From contig CAZGGZ010000002.1 of NCBI GenBank assembly GCA_964525415.1, forward strand, positions 17,764 to 81,763: a stretch of DNA of 64,000 nucleotides, written 5' to 3'. The position numbers and the translations under genes were made by a program. The notes beneath the pieces are model-generated. The model had not been told where the DNA came from and made no database searches. It saw nothing but the letters and a program-made list of their open reading frames with translations. The stretch is from an uncultured Rikenellaceae bacterium. GTDB taxonomy: Bacteria; Bacteroidota; Bacteroidia; Bacteroidales; VadinHA17. Shown piece by piece: positions 57,295-64,000 of this stretch. The number at the start of each line of letters is the position of its first letter. Within the stretch, counting starts at the first letter, position 1.

Positions 57295-58814
57295 CGAAAC
57301 CTGCAAAGAAACTGACGGTTTCACTCATCCTGAGAAGGGCATATACCGGCTTTTCACTTCCGGCTTTGTTACTTGCTTTGCTGACAGGCCAGGTGGCAGC
57401 GCAGGATAACACCCTGTATTTGCTCCATGATATTCCGCAGGCTAACCAGCTTAATCCGGCAGTGATCTCTACCTGCAGAACATATATTGAACTTCCTGTT
57501 ATTTCATCAGTCAGGCTAAATATTCGTAATACGGGCTTTGGTTTTCATGATGCCATTCATATGGGCACAGGGGCTCAGGCAGAGACTTTTTATCTCGACC
57601 TAGACAATCTTGACAGAAAACTGAAGCGAATGAATTATTTCCGGACGGATCTGGATATTGACCTCCTGGGATTTGGATTTGCCCTCAGCGAATGGTTCTT
57701 TACTTTTGGGATTGCCAATCATACAGAATTGAGGGTGGCATACCCTGATGATATTGTTTCAGTCAGGGATGGCAACTGGCTGGTAACTGAAGAAATGGCT
57801 AATCCCATAAGTTTCAACGGACTGGGAATAGATGCCACAAACTGGTTCTCGATAGGTGTAAGTGCAGCCAGGCAGGTAATGGAAGGACTCAAGGCTGGAA
57901 TCCGGGTAAAATATATTCAGGGAGCAGCTAATATAAACACCCGGAATTCAAGACTTGAGTTGAATACGGCTACAAGCCCTATAACGCTTGAAGCTGAGAT
58001 GAAGTACCGCCTGAACGCCTCATTCCCTCTCAGCCTGGGGTATTCAGCCGACGGACTTGTCAATAATGTGAACTTTGAAGATTCATTCAGCAATATCATA
58101 GGTGATTTTATTTTTAACGGAAACAGGGGAATATCATTAGATGCCGGAACAATTTATGACCTTGACGAAAAAACACAACTTTCCTTCAGCTTTACCGACC
58201 TTGGTTTCATCTGGTGGCGAAAAAATGTGAATAATTTCAATGCGAGCGGGAAATATACTTTCAGCGGTATAGACCTTGATCAGTATCAGTCAGATCCTGA
58301 TCCTGATGATTTTCTGCAGGCTCTTGAGGATTCCCTGATGAAGGCACTGAATGCGGAAGGGACTTCAGGAAGCTATGTCACATTCATGTCAATGAAGATT
58401 TTCGGAGGAATTTCACGTGAAATCCTGCCTGACCTGAGGGCAGGTGCAATGACCAGGTTTGAGGTCTATGACCTTCGTATCCGCCCGTCACTGACTATGT
58501 CCCTGAATTATACACCGGTACCTGCTGTTGAAGGTTCAATAAGCTATACAATAATGAATAATAAGCTTAACCAGGTCGGAGCAGCTCTTGCCCTTGGAAA
58601 TGGGGGGGAACAGTTTTATATCATTACAGACAATATTCCAGTTCGCTTCACGAGATATTCAGGATCAGCCTGGATGTGGCCTTATAATGCACGCATGATC
58701 AGCCTTCGTTTTGGATTTAACCTTCTGTTCGGATGCAAAGAGAAAGAGGAGGAACAGGGATCCAGGGGTCACCGGAACTCAGGAACCAGCAAACTGTGTC
58801 CTGCCTACTGGTAA
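57291..58814 (+). CDS. Hypothetical secreted protein, probable outer-membrane beta-barrel
   Basis: 507 aa with a signal peptide (...LLTGQVAA|QD). Alternating-hydrophobic strands are frequent and the terminal residue is aromatic (…AYW). The N-terminal QDN..Y.....PQ.NQLNPA loosely recalls PorP/SprF- or DUF5723-type proteins, which is unverified. Confidence 0.55.
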   Translation: MTKPAKKLTVSLILRRAYTGFSLPALLLALLTGQVAAQDNTLYLLHDIPQANQLNPAVISTCRTYIELPVISSVRLNIRNTGFGFHDAIHMGTGAQAETFYLDLDNLDRKLKRMNYFRTDLDIDLLGFGFALSEWFFTFGIANHTELRVAYPDDIVSVRDGNWLVTEEMANPISFNGLGIDATNWFSIGVSAARQVMEGLKAGIRVKYIQGAANINTRNSRLELNTATSPITLEAEMKYRLNASFPLSLGYSADGLVNNVNFEDSFSNIIGDFIFNGNRGISLDAGTIYDLDEKTQLSFSFTDLGFIWWRKNVNNFNASGKYTFSGIDLDQYQSDPDPDDFLQALEDSLMKALNAEGTSGSYVTFMSMKIFGGISREILPDLRAGAMTRFEVYDLRIRPSLTMSLNYTPVPAVEGSISYTIMNNKLNQVGAALALGNGGEQFYIITDNIPVRFTRYSGSAWMWPYNARMISLRFGFNLLFGCKEKEEEQGSRGHRNSGTSKLCPAYW

Positions 58815-58822
58815 CATCCTGA

Positions 58823-59392
58823 TCAGTTTCTTAGTATCTCTATCATTTCCGTGATTGCCTCTGTTTCATCAGGATCCTTTACCGGAGATAATCCGAATAA
58901 AGTCCTTGCCCGGTTGAGATCGTCTGCAGAAATGAAATCCTTCCCTATCAGTATATAGTACAGGATTGCCGATTTCAGTGTGTTGGCTTTTACCCTGAAA
59001 GTGTGCGGACTCAGCCTGGCCGGAAACAGATGAACATACCTGGATTCGTTATCATGAAATTTTAACATCCATTGGGAATTATCAGAAATGGCAATTGTCC
59101 TGAAATCACTGAATTTCCTGCCTGCCCATTCAATAAAAACTTCACACCCGATAAGCCGCTTTGATGTAAGAAACTCAGATACTTCATCGCATATTTGATT
59201 GACTGATAGGATGCCTGTGTAAACATCCATAACAGATGTCCCGATATGTTTAAGTTCCTTTACCAGGGCTTTGATATCAATTCGCTCTTCTTCAGATAAT
59301 TTATTGGAAATGAATCCCCTGATAAACGACAGATGATGTTTCAGAGGATTGAACTGGAATGGTTCCGGTATCTGGAAATCGGTAATCATCAT
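58823..59392 (-). CDS. Hypothetical cytoplasmic protein, no family recognised
   Basis: 189 aa in a clean ORF with no signal peptide or TM helix. It is divergent from the URO-D-like gene. Confidence 0.5.
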   Translation of the reverse strand: MMITDFQIPEPFQFNPLKHHLSFIRGFISNKLSEEERIDIKALVKELKHIGTSVMDVYTGILSVNQICDEVSEFLTSKRLIGCEVFIEWAGRKFSDFRTIAISDNSQWMLKFHDNESRYVHLFPARLSPHTFRVKANTLKSAILYYILIGKDFISADDLNRARTLFGLSPVKDPDETEAITEMIEILRN

Positions 59393-59497
59393 TAAGCAAA
59401 GTTAACAGTTAGAAAAAAGAAAATAAAACAATATCATTTCAGGCAACATGTTGAAATGAATAATAACTTAACTTTATAATACGCAAAACCAAGTTGT

Positions 59498-60751
59498 ATG
59501 ACAAGTTCGTCCAGGCATAACTTCATTGAAACGATCAGTCACCGCCAGCCTGATAAAGTAGTAGTTGACTTCGGATCAACCCCCGTGACAGGTATCCATG
59601 TTGTGATTGTTGAGAAGCTGCGTGAGTATTACGGATTCGAAAAACGCCCTGTAAAGGTTATTGAACCATACCAGATGCTGGGTGAAATTGATACTGACCT
59701 GATCAATGCCATGAGTGTTGATGTGATCGGATTTTCAGGTGAGAAGAATATGTTCGGCATACCAAATAAAGACTGGAAAATCCACAAGACATTCTGGGGA
59801 CAGGAAGTTCTCCTTCCGGGTGAATTCAACTGCACTTTCAACAGTAATGGTGATATGCTTGTTCACCCGGAAGGAGATGTTTCAGTTCCGCCAAGTGCAA
59901 TGATGCCGAAAACAGGATACTTTTTTGATGCGCTTGACCGCCAGATGCCAGTTGATGATTCCACACTGAAAGCTGAAGATAATCTTGAAGAATTCGGCCC
60001 TGTAACAGAACATGACCTTGATTACTGGAAAAGCGTAGCCGATTCAATTGAACCCGGATCATTTGGAGTAGTTGCAAACATGGGTGGAACAGCACTTGGG
60101 GATATTGCACTTGTGCCGGCTGTCAATCTTAAACATCCCAGAGGTATCAGGGGCGTTGAGGAGTGGTACATATCAACACTGACAAGGGAAGATTTTATAA
60201 TAGAAATTTATGAAAGGGAGACAGATATCGCAATCGAAAATCTTAAGAAACTTTACAGTGTAATAGGAAATAAAATAGATGTGGCTTATATCTGCGGAGC
60301 CGATTTCGGAACACAGAATTCCACCTTCTGCTCCCCTGAAACCTTTAAACGGATCTGGCTTCCATATTATAAAAAGGTTAATGACTGGATACATCTGAAT
60401 ACCGGGTGGAAGACTTTCAAGCATTCATGCGGTGCAATTGAACCATTACTGTCGCTCTTTATTGAATCGGGATTTGACATAATAAATCCTGTTCAGATAA
60501 ATGCTTCAGGAATGGACACCCGCATGCTGAAAAAACAGTATGGTGATAAAATAATATTCTGGGGCGGAGGAGTTGATACACAGGGTGTCTTTGCTTTCGG
60601 AACACCGGAGCAGGTCAAAGAACAGGTAAGAAGGCAATGTGATATCCTGAACAGGGATGGAGGATTTGTCTTTAATACAGTCCATAATATCCAGGCGAAT
60701 GTCCCATTTGAAAATATTGTTGCAATGGTTGAAGCTTTGAGGGATTTGTAA
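59498..60751 (+). CDS. Uroporphyrinogen-decarboxylase-fold (URO-D/MtaA-like) family protein
   Basis: 417 aa. The C-terminal half (..HSCG.I..L...........INPVQ...GMD...LK..YGDKI.FWGG.VDTQ......GTPE.V...V) matches the URO-D-like TIM-barrel proteins common in sugar loci. Confidence 0.7.
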   Translation: MTSSSRHNFIETISHRQPDKVVVDFGSTPVTGIHVVIVEKLREYYGFEKRPVKVIEPYQMLGEIDTDLINAMSVDVIGFSGEKNMFGIPNKDWKIHKTFWGQEVLLPGEFNCTFNSNGDMLVHPEGDVSVPPSAMMPKTGYFFDALDRQMPVDDSTLKAEDNLEEFGPVTEHDLDYWKSVADSIEPGSFGVVANMGGTALGDIALVPAVNLKHPRGIRGVEEWYISTLTREDFIIEIYERETDIAIENLKKLYSVIGNKIDVAYICGADFGTQNSTFCSPETFKRIWLPYYKKVNDWIHLNTGWKTFKHSCGAIEPLLSLFIESGFDIINPVQINASGMDTRMLKKQYGDKIIFWGGGVDTQGVFAFGTPEQVKEQVRRQCDILNRDGGFVFNTVHNIQANVPFENIVAMVEALRDL

Positions 60752-60766
60752 TTTGAATACCCCTAT

Positions 60767-60833
60767 CCCAACCTTCCCCCAGGGGGGAAGGAGCTCATCA
60801 TTGCCCCCTTGGGGGAAATAAGAAAGGGGGTAT
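60767..60833. repeat. GC-rich palindromic element, copy D (~67 bp, inverted ATACCCC...GGGGGTAT termini)
   Basis: Sequence is ATACCCCTATCCCAACCTTCCCCCAGGGGGGAAGG...TTGCCCCCTTGGGGGAAATAAGAAAGGGGGTAT. Hairpins are CCCCC-A-GGGGG and CCCCC-TT-GGGGG. The reverse complement of the left part aligns with copy B (GGAAGGTTGGGATAGGGGTAT vs GGGAGGTTGGGGTGGGTCAAT). Confidence 0.7.
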
Positions 60834-60855
60834 TTAAAGACATTCAAAATAAACA

Positions 60856-62262
60856 ATGAATAAGAAATCTTACAACTGGAGTTACCTGTTTTCCATTAGT
60901 CTCATATCCGCACTGGGCGGCCTTCTTTTTGGGTATGACTGGGTAGTGATCGGCGGAGCCAAGCCATTCTATGAACCGTTTTTCGGGATAACCGGCAATC
61001 CGGCTCTTCAGGGCTGGGCGATGGGCTGTGCCCTGACCGGATGTCTTGCAGGTGCTGTGCTTTCAGGCTGGCTGAGTGACAGGTTCGGGAGAAAGAGATT
61101 GCTTATACTCTCTGCAGGATTGTTTATTGCTGGTTCAATAGGTACAGGTGCAGCAGGCTCTTTCGGATCTTTCATCGTTTTCAGGATACTGGGAGGAATC
61201 GGAATAGGCCTTGCCTCAAACCTCTCGCCGATGTACATAGCCGAAGTTACTCCAGGCAGGGTGAGAGGAGCGTTTGTTTCAATAAACCAGCTTACTATTG
61301 TAATAGGAATACTTGCAGCGCAGATCATTAACTGGAGGATTGCCCAACCTGTCGCTCCTGAAGCAACTGTTTCAGATATAATGAATTCCTGGAACGGACA
61401 GTCCGGCTGGAGATGGATGTTTTATGTCTGTGCAATACCTGCCGCATTATTCTTTATTCTGATGTGGTTTGTCCCGGAAAGCCCCAGGTGGCTCGCAAAA
61501 AACAGCAATAAACATAACAAAGTACACAGAGTACTGACAAGGATAGGAGGGAAGGATTATGCTGATTCTGAACTGGTTTCAATTCAGGAAACTCTTGAAA
61601 TATCTTCCGGAAAAACCGGCTTTAACATTTTGAAGCTCCCGGGAATAACTAAATTACTGATGCTTGGCATTATAATCGCAGTTTTCCAGCAGTGGTGCGG
61701 GATCAATGTGATCTTCAATTATGCCCAGGAGATCTTTGCTAATGCAGGGTACAGTGTTTCAGATATTCTATTCAATATTGTCATAACGGGAAGTGTAAAC
61801 CTTGTTTTCACTTTTGTTGGAATGTTTACTGTTGACAGGCTGGGGAGGAAATCACTCATGCTTCTTGGAGCAGGAGGACTGGCAGGGATATACGCAATAA
61901 TAGGATCAATGTATTTTTTCCATTTGCATGGACTTCCGTTATTGATAATGGTAGTAACTGCAATTGCCTGTTATTCAATGTCACTGGCTCCTGTTACATG
62001 GGTGGTGCTGTCGGAAATATTTCCTAACAGGATAAGGGGATTTGCAATGTCTGTTGCCACATTTGCATTATGGGCCGCATGTTTTGTGCTGACATATACT
62101 TTCCCATTACTAAACCAGGCACTGAAAGCATCAGGAACATTCTGGCTATACGGATTTATTTGTGTGCTTGGTTTCTGGTTCATCCTGAAAAAGCTTCCGG
62201 AAACGAAAGGCAAGTCGCTGGAAGAAATTGAACATGAATTAACCGGCAAAAAGAAAATATAA
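60856..62262 (+). CDS. MFS sugar porter (sugar:H+ symporter family)
   Basis: 468 aa with 12 TM helices and the motifs GGLLFGYD, GRKR, PESPRWL and PETKGKSLEEIE. Confidence 0.92.
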   Translation: MNKKSYNWSYLFSISLISALGGLLFGYDWVVIGGAKPFYEPFFGITGNPALQGWAMGCALTGCLAGAVLSGWLSDRFGRKRLLILSAGLFIAGSIGTGAAGSFGSFIVFRILGGIGIGLASNLSPMYIAEVTPGRVRGAFVSINQLTIVIGILAAQIINWRIAQPVAPEATVSDIMNSWNGQSGWRWMFYVCAIPAALFFILMWFVPESPRWLAKNSNKHNKVHRVLTRIGGKDYADSELVSIQETLEISSGKTGFNILKLPGITKLLMLGIIIAVFQQWCGINVIFNYAQEIFANAGYSVSDILFNIVITGSVNLVFTFVGMFTVDRLGRKSLMLLGAGGLAGIYAIIGSMYFFHLHGLPLLIMVVTAIACYSMSLAPVTWVVLSEIFPNRIRGFAMSVATFALWAACFVLTYTFPLLNQALKASGTFWLYGFICVLGFWFILKKLPETKGKSLEEIEHELTGKKKI

Positions 62263-62282
62263 CAACTTAATAGTCTGTTTAT

Positions 62283-64000
62283 ATGAAAACACCTTTTAAT
62301 AAATTCATCAAAGGCAGCCTGCTTTTGATTATATTTTCGCTGATATCATTTTCAGGCGAAAAGATATCGGCTCAGGTAACACTATCAGAGGGAGAATGGA
62401 TACTTCCGACATATAAAGTATATCCTCCCGACAGAAATCCGATGTTTTTTAAGGGAGAAGGATACCAGGGAGCTTCAAGGTATGTTTACCCCCTGGCTCT
62501 GCTGGACAATCTCTCGGGTGAAAAATCTGATCAGGCATGGAAAGCAATAAAACTGGCGAATGAGTTTATTGAACTTTGCATCATGCCTGAGATAGGAGGG
62601 AAACTCTGGTATGGGACTGATAAAACAAATGGCTACAACTTCCTTTATAAGAATAATGTAGTCAGGCCATCCAATATTGGCATGACAGGAGCATGGGTGT
62701 CCGGGGGAATTGAATGGTGTGTTCTTCATCATCACCGGGCTTCAACTTTTCTCCCTGTTGATTATGAACTTAAAGAAAATGAGGATGGCAGCAAGACTGT
62801 CTGGATTGGGGAAACTGAACCCCGCCATGGAATAAGATGGACAATCGGAATTACAGTGTTCCCCGGCAAATCGTATTTTGAAGCAGAAGTAAAAATCCAT
62901 AATCAAACACCATTTACCCACACCTTTTTGTATTGGGCGAACGTGGCAGCTCATACAAATGAGAGCTATCAGGTCATCTTTCCTCCGGGCATTCAATATG
63001 CTACCTATCATGCCAAGAACGCATTTATTCACTGGCCTGTTGCCGAAGAGCCCTACAGGGGACAGGATTTCACAAAAGGCAATGACATGAGCTGGTGGAA
63101 AAACTCTCCGGTTTCAAATTCTTTCTTTGCACACGATCTGAAAGAAGATTTTATGGGAGGCTATGATCATGGGAGAGAGGCAGGTACTGTGCATATAGGC
63201 GACCATAACATTGTGAAAGGGGCAAAACTCTGGGAGTGGGGATCCGGTGAACGCGGGCAGGCGACAGAAGGCAGGCTTACAGAAAATGACGGGCCTTACG
63301 TTGAAATAATGGTGGGAGCATTTTCCGACAATCAGCCGGATTACAGCTGGATCAGACCTTATGAAGTAAAGCATTTTAAGCAATACTGGTATCCTGTGAA
63401 GGATATCGGCGGCTTCAAATATGCAAACCTGAACGGAGCCGTTAACCTCGAGTTGAGAGAGAAGAATTCAGTATTCCTGGGATACTATGCAACATTGCAG
63501 GTTGACAAGGCACAAATCCTTCTTAAGAACAACGGCAGGATAATCTTTGAGAAAAACATTGAAATTTCCCCTGAAGTTGCTTTTACAGAGACAATAAATC
63601 TGAATGGATCATTTAAGCTGACAGAACTTTACACAGAACTGGTTGATTCAGAGACAGGCGAGATGCTTATTTCATATCAGCCTGTTGAAAAGAAATATGA
63701 TCCGGCTCTTCCCGCGACTGTTGAGAGACCTGCCTTGCCGGAAGATATACAAACTATTGAAGAGCTGTATCTGACAGGCAGCAGAATTGAACAATTCTAT
63801 AACACAAGCCTGAATGCAATGGATTATTACCGGGAGGCTCTGAAAAGAGATCCGTCTGATATCAGGACTAACACAGCAGTTGGCAGTATCTGTCTGAAAA
63901 ATGGAGATTATCTAACTGCCAGGAAGCATTTTGCTGCAGCTGCCAGGAGGCTGACAAAGGATTATACAAGACCTTCTGACTGCGAAGCATTTTATCTTCA
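62283..64000 (+). CDS. DUF5107-like protein with C-terminal TPR repeats; 3' end runs off the window
   Basis: Absent from the track because it has no in-window stop. My translation reads MKTPFNKFIKGSLLLIIFSLISFSGEKISAQ (signal peptide), ...PEIGGKLWYG...GAKLWEWG...YVEIMVGAFSDNQPDYSWI..., then TPR-like ...YYREALKRDPSDIRTN... The family name is recalled from memory. Confidence 0.7.
   Translation, partial: MKTPFNKFIKGSLLLIIFSLISFSGEKISAQVTLSEGEWILPTYKVYPPDRNPMFFKGEGYQGASRYVYPLALLDNLSGEKSDQAWKAIKLANEFIELCIMPEIGGKLWYGTDKTNGYNFLYKNNVVRPSNIGMTGAWVSGGIEWCVLHHHRASTFLPVDYELKENEDGSKTVWIGETEPRHGIRWTIGITVFPGKSYFEAEVKIHNQTPFTHTFLYWANVAAHTNESYQVIFPPGIQYATYHAKNAFIHWPVAEEPYRGQDFTKGNDMSWWKNSPVSNSFFAHDLKEDFMGGYDHGREAGTVHIGDHNIVKGAKLWEWGSGERGQATEGRLTENDGPYVEIMVGAFSDNQPDYSWIRPYEVKHFKQYWYPVKDIGGFKYANLNGAVNLELREKNSVFLGYYATLQVDKAQILLKNNGRIIFEKNIEISPEVAFTETINLNGSFKLTELYTELVDSETGEMLISYQPVEKKYDPALPATVERPALPEDIQTIEELYLTGSRIEQFYNTSLNAMDYYREALKRDPSDIRTNTAVGSICLKNGDYLTARKHFAAAARRLTKDYTRPSDCEAFYL

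Noticed and set aside
55498-59392. tRNA-Arg as the attachment site of a genomic island covering the downstream hypothetical genes
   Set aside because: There is no integrase, recombinase or other mobility gene. I found no direct repeat of the tRNA 3' end downstream, and no obvious compositional break by eye.

Overview
The window looks like a chromosomal segment of a Bacteroidota genome. Supporting hallmarks are a fused LpxC/FabZ gene, a T9SS C-terminal sorting domain, an IPExxxVDY-family gene after rnc, a GSCFA protein, TAnnTTTG-type -7 promoter boxes and no Shine-Dalgarno sequences. About 90% of it is coding, and most genes are conserved housekeeping. Left to right:
- a TolC-MFP-RND-RND efflux operon (minus strand, running off the left edge)
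- an ABC ATPase plus a 1144-aa permease fusion
- HD-hydrolase/lpxD/lpxC-fabZ/lpxA
- yccF, a DUF4139-like protein, an NMO/FabK-like flavoenzyme and an ion transporter
- a complete sufBCDSE-sufT cluster
- queG, yjbQ, two convergent ECF sigma units, hydrolase/GSCFA, a MerR-like regulator and kdsB
- sigma-54 activator-lptE-TPR-secG-groES-groEL, then lepA
- a two-component system
- acpP-fabF-rnc-IPExxxVDY
- purN, an M23 peptidase, leuS and tRNA-Arg(CCG)
- an uncharacterised lipoprotein/beta-barrel-like pair
- a URO-D-like/MFS sugar porter/DUF5107 locus that runs off the right edge

I found no integrase, transposase, phage gene, CRISPR array, toxin-antitoxin pair or recognisable defence gene. I therefore cannot claim a clear novel multi-gene system.

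The most unusual signal is non-coding. One family of GC-rich imperfect palindromes with C-run/G-run ends has four intergenic copies. A second family of CCGG-heptad repeats has three copies that share exact 13-19-mers. Short 7-8 bp tandem repeats also sit directly against stop codons, including inside the sufB-sufC junction and as the C-terminal tail of SufE. One orphan promoter-to-terminator unit could encode a small RNA.

The protein-level candidates for undescribed function are the ABC ATPase plus giant permease fusion and the translationally coupled lipoprotein/beta-barrel-like pair next to the tRNA. Coordinates I derived by hand (repeats, tRNA, hairpins, revised starts) may be off by 1-2 nt.
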